NCBI GenBank assembly: GCA_002633005.1
Contig: NMRA01000045.1
Span: 1 to 64,000, forward strand
Direction: 5' to 3'
DNA length: 64,000 bases
Source of the DNA: Phoronis australis
Taxonomy: Eukaryota; Animalia; Phoronida
A program made the position numbers and the translations under genes. A model generated the notes under the pieces. It made no database searches, was not told the origin of the DNA, and saw only the letters and a list, made by a program, of their open reading frames with translations. Below are positions 50,798 through 64,000 of this stretch, piece by piece. Position 1 is the stretch's first letter, and the number at the start of each line of letters is the position of its first letter.

Positions 50798-53188
50798 TAT
50801 GGCGTGCCTAGCTACTCTGTAAACACTCAGAAAGAACTGTTGGCAGCATTAACCAAATTAACGTTTCCTGTTGTCATGAAGCCTCTGTGTGGAAGGGGTT
50901 CTATTGGCTGCAAGGTTCTCTACGACACGGACAACTGTTTAAATTTCTTTGGTGAGCTGGTCACTCGTATGGAATCTGGGACAGATGTGCTTGAAAAGGT
51001 GGCATACAGTCAGTCGGTAAGATTTGATTTTTTTACGTCCACATATTTATATGTGGTCGCATACTGCCGTCATGTCTGTGTGGACGCCCGTCCGTCGTCC
51101 GGCGTCCGCAGCTGTATCTAAACTACTAAACCCTCCCAGGATTTTGATGAGAATTGACAGATGTGTTTCTATGAAGCTTACGACAGATAATTACGAATTT
51201 TGGACCTCTCCGACTACCGGTGTGCCCCCTAGTGGCAATTTATGCTTACCTCTGTATCTCCAGAGATCATCAACGGATTTTCGTAAAATTTAGCAGTTAC
51301 GCATCTACGGAATCGAGGTACTTTGCGCCACCTAGTGGCCATTTTTAATATTTTGGATTCTGTTTTATCGCGTCCGCCCTTCCATCACCCAACCCGTTCT
51401 AAATTAGGGATGATTTTGAAAATTGGCATATGTGTTCTTAATGTGAAGAGGGCGTCTGACGATGACTATCCGACGATTTCGACAACTGTGGCGCCTCCTA
51501 GTGGCAGTTTTGATTGTTGTTACCCTCATAGCTCCATCTCCTAAACGCTTTACAGGATCTTTATTGAATTTGTTGATGTATTTGTGTAAAGTTGACAAAA
51601 GAGGACGACGACTTTCAGACGGTTCGGACTACCGTTGTGCCCCCTAGAGGCAATTTTAGTTTTTTACGTTTACCTCTGTATCTTCAAAGGTCCTCAACGG
51701 ATTTTCATGAAATTTGACAGATAGGCATCAATTAGTGAGGTGACGCCTTCATCCGAATTCGAGGTTGTGTTATGTTTTTGAGCCCATAGCCTCCTAGTGG
51801 CAATTTTCATTCTTTTTTCGTCTTCCTCGGTTTTTCATAAGTTCCTTGACGGATTTTTAGGAAATTTGGTAAATAGCTTTGATGACAAATATCAGTTTTC
51901 GGACGGTTTTGACATATTTTGCGTCATTTAGCTGCCATTTTTATGATCCAAATAAACATCCCTTGAAGCACACCGTTTGCGGTGCATTCGTGGGCACATT
52001 TCAACGCTCCGCATTGCTCTTGTTTGTGCTTTAGGGTGGTGATGATGGCGTTATTAGCAAACTCTCCTTGGCAACTGTAAAAAGGTAATTCGGTGTGAAC
52101 ACGTTTTGTTTCTCACTGGCATACATTCCTCTCAAACTGACTCCGATAACAAGTCACAAACGAACTTCCTGGTGGTTTAAAACGTTTAGAAGAATTTTAT
52201 TGAGAAATTTTTGCGTACATGTATGCAGCTCAGTGACCTCTTATTGGAAGTCCAGTATAAAAACTCAAAACAGGAAACTCGAAATTTGTTAGATGCTCCT
52301 AGTGGAGTAAGAGTCATGCCAATAGAAATGCCACGACTATTCTGATAATCTCACGAGACACGGCAACACGAATGCTCTCATGCGTCTTGCTCTAAACTAT
52401 CCAGATGTTAACCGAGGTACCTTTCTTCAATGCTACTACTTAGCGAATATCGACTCGCTAACTAAAGGTACTCTTTACGTATTTATCAGGTGCTTGTGAT
52501 GGAATACCTGAAAGGTGACAAATATTCAGTTGACGTGGTGATTTCCCGAGGAAAACTTGTTGGCGGCTTCATTCTTAAGAGAGGCCCTGCCCCACTACCG
52601 GATTTTTGGAACACTTCTGTCACCATTCTTGGTGACAATTCAGCAACGGTGGACGAAGAATTGGTTGAAACTTCCTATCAGTGCTCTCTAGTGGTCGGTC
52701 TTCGCCACGGGTTGTAAAACGTCGATTTTATCCGTGACAAAAGTAACGCCTCGCCAAGGTTAATCGAAATCAACCCACGTCCTTCAGGCAGTACTATGAG
52801 TTCATTACTTGAAGTAGCGTACGGCAATGATACTGGTGTCATCAATGCAAAGCTCTGCTGTGGCATAAATCTTTCTTCCGAAGAGTTAAAGATTGAGCCC
52901 AAAGCACACGTGGCTGCCTATTACTTCGATTTGCTTAGACGAACAGACAAGTTGAAAACAGCGTACGGTCATATGTTATCAAATGCTAAAGGCTATGATG
53001 TCAGGATGGCGAACCCAGGACCGAAAACTATGACAGAAATGATGTATGAAAAACCTACGTATCTAGATCCGGTTCTCATCGTGATGACGTCAGGCGAATC
53101 AAGACGTGGGGCGATCAATAAATTATGTCGATTTCTTGTTGATTCAAAATACTTCGACAGCATGGAAAAAGCATTTTTGCTGTTTTAA
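50798..53188 (+). pseudogene. ATP-grasp ligase partial pseudogene C (exons 50798-51016 and 52490-53188)
   Basis: Both exons are full length (219 and 699 nt) with intact splice sites; single TAC>TAA at 52715-52717 and NVE>NVD; no own upstream exons. Confidence 0.88.
51028..52025 (+). mobile_element. HINE/DINE-1-like Helentron at the same intron site as in block A
   Basis: Same 5' hairpin, gtccgtcgtcc microsatellite, 3' subTIR and stem-loop; fewer core repeats. Confidence 0.75.
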
Positions 53189-56011
53189 ATGAACAGATTG
53201 TTTCATGTGATCTTCTACAGAGTGAAAGCCTTGTACGTCATGTATGATGCGGAGTTCGTTTACCCACTGCTCTTTTATTTATGCATATGTTCGTATGAAA
53301 TTAAGCGCTTTAGTTTCCAAAAAAAAATCATTTATGATCTTCTTAAAATACAACTCGACAGGTAAAAATTTACTGATCGGCGACAGATTTTTTATGAAGC
53401 CAGTAAACTTTGAGCATTACGGCAGAGAGGAGTGACGGAGGGAGACGGTGAGCGTTATCGCAGAATGTAGGAGGGAGCGTTTGAAGGAGAGAGGGAGGGA
53501 GGGAGGACGGGAAAGGGGGAAGGGGGAAGGGGAGGGAAAGAGAATACAGCTAATCTGCTTATACATTTGCCAATGTAAGATCAGTATTGTAAGAACCATC
53601 ATTGCAACCACAGGACGAGATAATTTAGAATATGTAGGCAAGAGACCACGTTTTAGAGAGTAGATCTACAGCGTATACTGGAAAAAGAATTTTTTTATTT
53701 AACACCGTCGATTTTGAAATTTTATTTCCTATTTCTTGAACGTGAGCATTCCATATCTTTATTGTATGGTTGCTTTTAAAAGTCAAGTATGCACTAGGAG
53801 GTCAGAGTCTTGTTCATTATTTTGATTGTTGGAACTTGACGGGGTTGATTTTATATCATTTGCAGGATAATGGATAATCACGTATGATAGTCTGTTTACA
53901 ATGAATCAGTCGTTTATTTCAGAGAACTTGGTATTGATATTGTCGTCGTGTAAGTTCTTGGAAAATTTGAATGGAGAGATGGTGCAAGTGTCAGCAGGAT
54001 AAAAAAGAAGGTCGAAGTTTGTACAAAAACAAAGGCAGAGTAACAAAAGAAGAAGGTGAAGGATAGCACTTTGAGGCACATCCTTTTTAATACATAGAGA
54101 AGAAGATTTGTTTTCAATAGAGACCGAATAGTTCCCATTTTGAAAATTGTTTTGGAACCAGTTTTACTGGGTTTTGTGAATTCCGTTGAGACTGTGCAAG
54201 ATTACTGCACGATCTATGGTATCGAAAGATTCGCCGATAAAGATTGAGCAAGGTGTATACTGAGAGTTGATATAGTAGGTAAAGTGCATGTATCTCAACT
54301 GTAACTATTTAGATCTTATTAAGTCTTTGTTTTCATATACAGGTACAGTTTTTAATGTTTTCAATGAGTCTGGTATATATATAATGATTGCTTTATTATT
54401 ATTATTATAATTTGTAATTGGGTTGGAAACACTAAGACAGGTATTAATTAAATTGCCGTAAATAATTGTTTCTCATAATGATTATATATCTTCTTCGATG
54501 GCTCAATGGTAAAGGGAGGATGGACTGGTGATGTTAAACACATACAAAAGAACAATGTTGATGTTGTATCAAATCTATCTGCTGTTTCTTTTGTGTTTTC
54601 GAATATTCAGGCTCGTAGCCAGCATTGCGCGAGGGGTGGTTGGAATTTCTTCAGAAGTGGACCTTTGATATTTTGCAAACATCGACACTGGAGTTTTAGG
54701 TAAGCCCTTGACGCAGCTTATTTATGGGGAAGGGAATCTGTATGCACGACAATGATGGCTGTCAGCTCTATGTTCCTGAAATGAGACGGAATTCCTAATC
54801 CAGAAATGCGGATGCCGTGACGGTTGCTCGCAAAGAACGGGACTCAAATTCGGATGCAATGATGTCCCACAAGTAGAACGTTCACGCGTTACCTCCTGTC
54901 AAACTTTCAACTCAGGTGTGTTCAAATGAGTGATTACACCTCATTACATGGTCCGATGGCAATATTTGGTCGGAGAATGACTTCACGTAATTTTTGAACT
55001 GGTTGTATTTTTTCGTGTTACTTAAGTAGCTTACATCGCTGGAAATGGGTTCTCTACTCCGAAGCTTTACTACTCTGAAAGTATCTAAAATTTCGGACTC
55101 GGTTGTAATTTTTTTACTTTTACATGCAAAAATAAACGACATTTTGGTTATTAGATGCAGCTATACCGAAAACAAGGCCTGGGTAATAAATCACTTTTTT
55201 CGATTTCCAGCGCATGCGAAATTGTCCGCATGTCTTAGGAATATGGAAAAATGAGTACGTACTTGCATTTCTAAAAGAATACGAAGAAGGAATATTAATG
55301 AATTATCAACCCGCATACATTCATCTAATCCATGTCAAGATCGCATCACTTCCAAGCGCGACTGAAAAGGTTTGGGCCACTGCGGCGCCTCAACCTCACC
55401 CACCGAAACTACTCGCCGCACGGCCGGTTCGAAACTAAATGTAGTCAGTTTGCTACTCTGTTGCTGTCAGTGCTATTGAATAAGCCTGGCTAAGTCTAAG
55501 ATATGGCCAAGTTGTTGTAACTACTGCCTTTTAGAAATGTAGACGTATCCTGCTATCATCTGGTAATGGTTTAATAAGTCGTGTTTGTTTATGACTGCTG
55601 GTGTTGAGTAGTTATTGTCTCTAGCCGTGACTGTACTTTTTGTTCGCCCATATGTGAACGCAAAAATCTCATCAAGTTCAGACAGTGAAAATTCTTTTTT
55701 TTACCGTTCTTTTTAAAAGCTCGTCCAATTTTGAAGAAACTCCGAACTATGCCGATTAAGTAAAATGTGGAATATTTCGTGTGTGACAAGCAACGGATCC
55801 TAGAATAACACGTAAGGGAGCCCAGTGTGACCGGCAAGCGATCCGGGTATCACAACCAAGGGATCCCAGAGTGACAAGCAAGGGGTCTCGGTGTGACAAG
55901 CAAGGGATCTTGGTGTGACAAGCAAAGGATCTTGGTGTGACACGCAAGGGACCCGAGTGTGACCAATCTGGGGTCCTAGCAAGGGATCCTAGTGTAACAA
56001 GCAAGGGATCT

Positions 56012-59000
56012 AAGTCGCGTGATTTTCGGACGGCCCGCCATTTTCAACCAAGAATAAATATTTCCGAAATGAGTTTTTCATAGTCCACGAAATTCGTACA
56101 AAGTCCAAAAACTATTTTTCAAAGATTCTCGAATTTCGGACATTGCCATAAACGCCGAATTTTGTCAGCGACTTTCGGACAAAGAAAATTTTAGAAACGC
56201 TTATTTGGTATCGCAGCAACTCCCGTGTCACTAAAGCGTTCAACGGATCTCTATCAGGCTTGAATCCGAGAATCGGTGTAACGGGCTTTGACGGTAATTT
56301 TTACCTTGTCTTGACGATATCACGACCGTTACTCGATTGCCTTGCATTTCGCTTGTGTTTGGCGCTTTAGCTATGAAAAGAATCACCGAGTCCCTTATGA
56401 CGAAAATTTCTGATGAAAATACAAATAGGAAATACAACGAAGGCTGCAACTTTTCGTTGTAGCGTAACATGTGCTCTGGTTTAAATAGACCGTGCTGTTC
56501 GACCTCCGACTGTGACATTGAACTTGCACGTCTGACATCAACTTGCTTTTTACGAAACGTTTTTATTTTTAAAACGTCCTGCACTTTGCAAATGCCCTTG
56601 TCAATGGCTAAAATCTCCCGACGACGTGTCCGGATTTTATCCTTGACGCGATGAGAAATATTTTTTGTTTAGGCCCCATACAGAATAAGCCACAGACAAG
56701 TCTGTCCGTGGGATATCGAGCGTTTAAAGTAGTGTAGATAGTGAACAGCAGCAGCCGAATGAGACGTAGCCAAAGTAAAGCTGGTTACAAAGCAAAGATA
56801 ATTAAGTCGTACACCGCGTGAGCCCAACCTACGGAGGCTGCGTCGTGCACGGAAGGTTTTCATGCTTCCGTTCCTCTATCTTCAGTCGACTAAATATCGT
56901 CGGACAATAAGTTATGCTGCCACTTACCTGCATCCCGGCGAATGATTGAAATTTTGTGCAGCCGTTCTGGGCTTTTAATAATTTTGAATGGGACAGTTAG
57001 CAAGGAATGAGTCACCACTGACTTCATACAACATTCAGTGCTTCTGACAACGCAATTTTTGGGTTGAAACGAAAAATTTTCATTAAAAATCTGTATGCAG
57101 TTCAAACGTCTTTCGTTTTTCTGTGTCTTCTTGGTAGTGCTCATTCGTGTAATGTGTTTAGCAGTCAAGGCCCAGCAATCAGAACGGCGCGCGGCGCACA
57201 CCCATTTGTTACAGAGACATTGCATCCCTGCGCTATATTGTGTAAGTGCCTGTACTATAAACAGATATCAAAAACTAATGTACATCCACGTAACCACGCT
57301 TCACTACCCTTACAAATTCTCTGTAGCCCTCTGATAGGCATCGCAGATGCAAGAATCTCGCTAAAGAAGCTAGTGTGATCGTGTGCCTCGCTTCCAATAC
57401 CTGACCATACGTCTCAGTCCTCAGTCTAGCGTGCTCGTGAAATTCTCACCCTAGCGCCCCTGGACGAAGACTAGGGTAGAGTTCATTAGCTGTCTTGGGA
57501 ATAGAAAAATCTAGCCAAAATCACGTTTTCAAATAAAATACACAATATAGCACGTAATTTCATGAATTCTTGCTTTTTAGGGAAGTCCTAGCCTTACGAG
57601 CTTTACCCCTATGTATACCTAAAAAAGATTGAACTTGCGGCGTCTGTGTACTTGTGGTCGTGTTAATTCGCGCTTTGTGCCGTCTGAGGTACAACAAGCT
57701 GGACTCCATGGTATCCCGAGATTAAGATGAATCCCGAAAAAGACACCGGGAGTCCGATGCAACGGGCCTGGAACCTGATAGGTGTTTCCGACCCGGAGTT
57801 CCATATCTACTTTCCACAGGAACTTGTCTTCTTGTCCCATCACCGCCTTCAGTTGATAGTTTTGAGACAAAAAAGAAACGTGATCTTAAACTACAGACCA
57901 TGCTTTTTGTATTACTTAAGATAGTTTTAGAGGCATTCAGCTGTAAGTGTATTTAATTGTGTTTGATTCGAAAGAGATGACTGTTACATTGCTAATTATT
58001 ATTGTTCTATTTTTATCCGAGGTGATGCCTTACTTGCAGCAAGTGTAAATAATTTTGGGAAGTATTACCAGCGATTTCCGTGTATAAGTTCGGGAAACCA
58101 AACGTCTTATGTAAAAATACACCAGGGCCTATACTCGGCAATGCCGAATACACGGATACAGTATAAATACTTTAGCTCACCCTACGTATATCCTACCATT
58201 ATTTTTAGATTTCAAGCATGCATTTTTATTCTCAGATATGCATCCCAGATATATTTTTGGGAAAAATTTAAGGTACGCAAATTGGGCATATATTCTGCTG
58301 GACTTGTATACGGAAATCTACGGTGGATCTTCTTAAACCTGTTAACCATGAAAATTTCATTGGGACAGTTTTGTTCTACTAACATGTTCAGCTAACATTC
58401 CGTTAATGCAAGTCGGTCAGTACGTTCGCGTTTAAGGCGTTATTGCAACAGGTAAGTGTTGTTATTCTTCAACAACATGTCTGTACTTGTAATGAGACTT
58501 CAGTAAACTCGCGACTGTTCATACTTTAAATGTTAGCAGAAGTGTACAGCGTCCATCAGCAGAGACCTGTAGGAAGAAGTATTTTCCGTAACTGTAGCAA
58601 ATATTTGAAGCAATGAAATGAAAACGGTCGACATAGATGAATTGTAATTGGTTAAGTATGTATTAAGAAAGAAAATTAAGTATATAAATAGTAGATCGGT
58701 TCTTGAATTGCCTGGTTTACGTCGTTCATGAGTTCAAGCTGTCCCAAATTGAATGTTTTCGTTTTTCTGAGGTCGTCACTAGTCGATTCTTCTGACTGTC
58801 GTGATCTGCCCAGTAGCCTATTGTATCAACGTGCGCAACGGTCTTGGCAGGGGGTGCACCTAGCAGACACCCTTAGAATTAGTGGCACAAACTCGACATT
58901 GGTATGCAGCAGGAGGCCGGGGGGGGGGTTGCGGCGTAAATTAGTAGTGACTGAGGGACACTGAGGTACGCGAAATTGGTGACGACCGTGGACGGCGTTA

Positions 59001-60392
59001 AACTGGTAACGATCAGAAGAAACGGCCCTGTTATCTTCCACGCATATTATCAGAAAATGTTAAAGATTACCAGTTTCATTTCATCCACAAACAGATTTCA
59101 CAAGTCAGAGTTTTCACTTCGGTTAAAAAGGTAATCGAACACAGATGTGTTATGTCACCTCAGTTGTATGAAGACGCGCCAATGTATCCCTGAGTTAACA
59201 TCGGCGTTTCAAAGGCTGTGGACGAGAAAGGTTTTTAATTGTAAAAAACGGTTGGGTGAATTTGATGTTGGTAGCATTTGAAATGGCATTCGCTTTCTAG
59301 ACAACGCCCTTATAATGTTAGTTAATCGTGTCTTCAGCCGCGCAGCACTGTACTAGTCGACGCATTCCCATTGTTTGCAGTAGGCCTAAACATGTACGAC
59401 AGCGCTTCTTGAACAATTCAGATGACTACCAGGACGACGAATGGGGATCACGAGTAGATGAGAAACTACTCCTTTTACTATCATGATTGTCTTTGTAATC
59501 TATTTTAGGTAATTGTTCATTCGAAGTTTTCATGCTGAAACTTAGCTTTCAGTTAATATGGTGTTAACTTGCGTTTTGGTTTGTAACCAGCAGACAATGC
59601 ATGGATACGTTTAAAAAACATAAAAATTTACTATATTCTCGTCATTGTTTATCACTTTCTTCATTGAACTCTTTACCACATCCATTACTGTTACGTTTAA
59701 TGCAAAATTCGTTAAAATTGAGAAAGCGCAAGTTTTGATGGTCGGGAACCCTCTTTGTGCGTCGAATACGCAAGTCCAGCTTTTTATTGGGAAACCATGC
59801 GTTGACAACGCAAACTCGACATTTTTTATTGAGAAAACGCATTTTTACAAAAGAGAATCAGTTGTCTGCAACGTTTCATGTGCGTCAACAACGCAAATCA
59901 GACCCTCTCATTGGAAAGCCCATATTTGTCACCAGCCCGATATTTCAAGTGAGATAGCGCATTTTTGAAAAGATTCCGTCACTCGCCGAAAACGGTTTTT
60001 GAGCATCGGCAATGCCAGCCGAATATTTCATATTGAGAAAGCGCATCTTTGAAAAGAAGAATCAACACTTGTCGGGAACGGTCTTTGTGCGTCGACAACG
60101 CACATTTCTTATTGGGAAAGCCAGATTTTCAAAAATTAATCGCGCAGAGCATTTGAGTCTCACTGACCTGCAATTATACTGCTATCAAATGACCGAGCCA
60201 GCAATGTTGTACTACGACCACTCATCGAAATAATGTACACCCACGAAATTCGGACACTAGCGCGGAAATCCAAATTGGTGGAGGTCCGCCAAATTCGGAC
60301 ACCACAAAAATGATGTTTCGCGAGATTCGTCCAAGAATGAATTATCTCTATTGGAATTAATTTTCAGTGTTCGAAAATCACGCGACTTTCTT
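56012..60392. mobile_element. 4.4-kb TIR DNA transposon of unassigned superfamily inserted in the 22-bp minisatellite
   Basis: TIR AAGTCGCGTGATTTTCG / CGAAAATCACGCGACTT; ATCT on both sides; subterminal TTCGGAC repeats; absent from block A (~20390). Confidence 0.8.
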
Positions 60393-60999
60393 ATCTCATT
60401 GTGACCGGCAAAGGACCTTAGTGTGAGAAGCAAGTGATCTCAGTGGCACATTGTTACCACCATGCTTCTAGGAAAGTGAACTAGTGACCTTCAATAACTC
60501 AACGCCCCTATAACAATATTCATTATCTGTCACTATTTTAAAACGAGGCGCTTTGTTATACGTTTGTGTTGTTCTGATTACTTCGATCTCTACGTGCACT
60601 TAACACGTTCAGTTAGTTCTTAGCTGCGGGGAAGTCGGAATAACTAGCTTGGATGCTAAATCATAAAATGTAAGTCAATTTGTATCATAGGCGGCGCACT
60701 TTATTCAGCGCTGTGCCGCCCATGGTCTATGGGCGGTGCACCACAGGCAAGGGGACTTTTTCAGCAGGCCTACTGCACCGCCCATGTACATATATGTCTT
60801 TTTATTCTCTAGATTAAACTATTGTGTTAAATTGGCAAAAATACTGAAAACATAGAGTCGTGTTTATCGCTATGTTTAGGCAAAAAGTGGTAAATGATTC
60901 TGTACATTTTCGGCATTTGTTTAGTGGCGCACTTTTTCAAAAAACGAAAGCCCACCGGATTCGGGACTTTTTTGTTTGCTCATCTCAGTTTCGACGGAA

Positions 61000-63452
61000 G
61001 GAGTAGCGACACTCGCGCTAGTGTACCGCGAAGCAAAACTACGTCATGTTGATGCGGTGCCATATCCTGGGGAGCTCCGTCCCTGGTGTCACAGCTACAC
61101 GGTTGCTGTATAGACTGTCGAGGGCGGCAAAAGGGACCGACTGGCAGAACAAGGAAGGAAGACAATAGGAGCTAAGTGACATAAAGAAATTATTCTTGTA
61201 TTTTCCGGAGTGCAAAAACTAAACAAATCTTTCTATTGAGTAGCTTGGAGTACCTTTTTGCAGACTTTTTACATTTTGCCTCGGGCATGTCGCTGCTAGA
61301 ATAATTATATAGAACTTATTGAAATTGGAGTGATTTAAACACCACTGCAATGGACAACCGTCAATTCTAATTCCCTAAAACAATTCTCCAAATACTGTAA
61401 ATAATAACACAAAGAATGCAGTCCGCCTGTCGAATAACCTTTGCGGTGTCACGAAAGCAACAAGTCCCCCCACCAAAACTTGTAAGTCTTAATATATATT
61501 TTTTAACGCAAAGTAGGCTGATAATAGAAGCAAACAACACATATCACAATCACTTATTAAAATTGTCACTGATCACTGTTTGAGGGGTTTGCAAGCTCAA
61601 AATAGCGAAGTGTTTTTGAGGCTTTAAATTAGAATCTTCCAAGCTTGGCTAATGATATTTTAGTGACTCAGTAGAGCCTATGTCAACTCAGCTCGCAAGT
61701 GAGCATGAGTCATGATTTAAACTGGTATGCATGCTTAATTACATGCAGGTTCTGTTAAAATATATAAACCCTGATTATAATCCAACCTTGCAGTGGCAAA
61801 TACAGAACGATGTGTCTATATTTATTATAAATTTCTAGACTTGACTTATCCCAGGCCAAGTCTAGGCAGTATCCGACTTTCGCATCCCATTCACACGATT
61901 CAACAGGATTCACTTTAGGATTTGTCAGTAAACTTCTGCTTTATTATTTCACTGCATTCTCAAGTTGTTGTTTAGTCTCGTGACTTGGATGTTTCTTTAA
62001 TAATCATCTACTGGTGTGCTTAGATTTTGTTTATGGCACCTCTGCTCAAGATAAGTGTATAGTGTATTTGGCCGTAGGGCCTACTGCCAGACGAGGCTGG
62101 AAAAGATTTGTGCTTTCACGACTCCAAACGCTAGTATTGGCTGAGAAAACATTATACATTAGCCGTGATTGTACCATCACAATTGATACATGTAAAGTGT
62201 GGACTGACCAAAACCCCGGCATTCCATGAAAATATTGGATTAAATAAGAAAACACAACAGCAGGTTTTTACTAAAGTTAAATAGATTGCATAGGTACAAA
62301 TAATGTATTTCCCAATGAGTTTCAAATTGGATGGCCTTTAATTCGAATATAAGCCTTATTGGTGGCAATTTACATGTACATGTATGATATGCACTGACAA
62401 GTTCGAAGTTGTTGAATGTGTTGTGTACGACAGACATCAGAAGTTAAATCACCAGAACTATACGCTGGGCTTGTTTTCACAAAATTATCCACTTCAATCT
62501 TGCGAGTACATTGGCAATTTGCGAGTTGGGATTTTTTACATTAGAAGCACATATAACCATCTCTTGAATTGAAAAAGAAATTATTTGCAAGGACAGCACC
62601 ATTACCGAATCCCGAAAAATAAAGAAAGACAAAATTATTGTGTTTATTGTTTAATTCATGAATTCTTATATGAAGTACAAATGATGTAGCTACTCACTGT
62701 TTGAGAATAACAGAACAAGGGTTTGGAAATAGATAATTCAGAAAATGTAATATATTTTTATGGGTTTAATATGGATAGCAAAACAGTTTCATGAAACTTG
62801 AAAGAAGGTTAAGAATTACCTCACCATACCTTTCCCGGACACTATTACCAGTTGCACCAAGTTTTTCAACCTCAACCCCCTATGGCAACCTCCCGCCAAG
62901 AACCTAAATAAGTAAATTAAGAAAACAACTTACATACCTTTCTTTAAAAATAGCTGTCCCTTTTCAAAAGCTTTGTTCTTTGTTTCCGATATAGAAAGTA
63001 GGCTTTGACAACAGATCTGCACTGAATAGGAAGTTCTTGCTGGTTAGCTGCAGTCAACTGCTTAAAACCAAGTTTTGTCCATTCAGGAACGGTTGCAGAA
63101 GCGATGCATATCTCCTCTGCACGGTAGTAGCCCTCAAACCTAAAAACCAAAGGTTCAGTGAAAACAGCTAGACATGTCAACGTTTAATAGATTTCCGGAC
63201 GATATAGGATAGGGAGTAAACAAATAGTCTTATGGATATTTTGAGACATACCCTTTGGGCTTGGATTGTAATCTTACCTCACTAACCAATATCGAGTTGA
63301 CAACATACATGTAAACATTCAGCATTGATTGATGTAACTGGCATTGATAAACCGGTTAGAATCATTCCAAATATATATATAATAATACATTCATGTACGA
63401 AAAGATCCCGAGTCGAGTGCGTCTAGTGTCGTAACACACATCACAACAAACA
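61000..63452. mobile_element. Second degenerate ISL2EU-like element (YqaJ remnants on - strand)
   Basis: 62740-63450 matches 36220-36900; KAIQFETHWE and AGVLVSPHF..CDG resemble YqaJ motifs; left part is paralogous to 21020-21888; boundaries uncertain. Confidence 0.5.
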
Positions 63453-63456
63453 ATGA

Positions 63457-64000
63457 TTAAAGGCGAAGGCAACCTTTTTTCATGTCATTTTTAACAAAAA
63501 TGAGTTTCGTTGATTATCCCAGACATATTTTTCAATTATTTACTGCTTTTCGTAATTTAATTAATTACTCGTCGTCTACTCCGGAAGTGACGTTTTGGGA
63601 GGCAAGAATTTCGCGCCAATTTCTTTTCATATAGTCTGACTGTGAGAGCAGTCGAGTCAACCATTGTTCTACCTCGGTTGTGATGAGTTCGGTCGTCGTT
63701 TGCTTTTGCTTACGAGTCAGTCAACATGCCGTCCTTTTACAGCCACCATTCACTCGTACAGTAGGTGTCTCATGGAAAAATTATTTTGTGAGTTGTTCGC
63801 AGCTTGTCCTTGCATAACTTGCATCATTTGCAAAATTGGAATAGTGGAGTTGTTCTCGAATAGATTATAGATCTACTTTTGTCTAGAGCTATTATATTCA
63901 ACACAAAGCTGTCGAGGGAAAACTAGTTAGTACATCAGTGTATTACCTGTTAGAGAAAATCACGGTAAACTGCAAAGACGTCCAAAATAATATGATTACG
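63457..64000. mobile_element. Probable start of another TTAA-AGG (Kolobok-like) element running off the window
   Basis: Homology to block B ends abruptly at TTAAAGGCGAAGGCAACC; other end not in window. Confidence 0.35.

Larger units (their letters stand above)
49402..61801 (+). repeat. Segmental duplication block C
   Basis: Collinear with 12778-21888, including the sequence just before the gap (gtggcaaat). Confidence 0.9.

Noticed and set aside
52715-52717. Programmed read-through or recoding in copy C
   Set aside because: TAA from a single TAC change, with a neighbouring catalytic Glu>Asp; simple decay is more likely
53418-53540. G-quadruplex-like purine tract
   Set aside because: Simple GA-rich expansion behind a pseudogene; much shorter in the intact copy (~39000-39040)

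Overview
This is AT-rich, intron-containing animal genomic DNA, probably from a marine invertebrate (inferred from the repeat and gene families; species not determinable). It has one assembly gap (21889-22592). Two host loci could be reconstructed by hand from GT-AG sites and codon phases. (1) At 421-6786 (+), a secreted protein with signal peptide, PAN/apple domain, a Cys-rich segment and a CTHRC1-type C-terminal domain but no collagen repeat; its last exon was not found. (2) At 27456-38767 (+), an apparently intact stand-alone ATP-grasp ligase resembling the C-terminal half of carnosine synthase 1. It is flanked by two damaged duplicates of only its last two exons (14060-16290 and 50798-53188), carried on a mosaic segmental triplication (blocks A, B, C). 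The rest is transposon debris: Kolobok-like TTAA elements, DINE-1/HINE-type Helentron derivatives, ISL2EU-like THAP + SAP/YqaJ elements, Tc1/maT, Academ-like and possible Sola3 remnants, L1/Tx1 and L2/CR1 LINEs, MITEs, and several mini- and microsatellites. No rRNA, tRNA or CRISPR array is supported. All family assignments come from motif recognition, not database searches.
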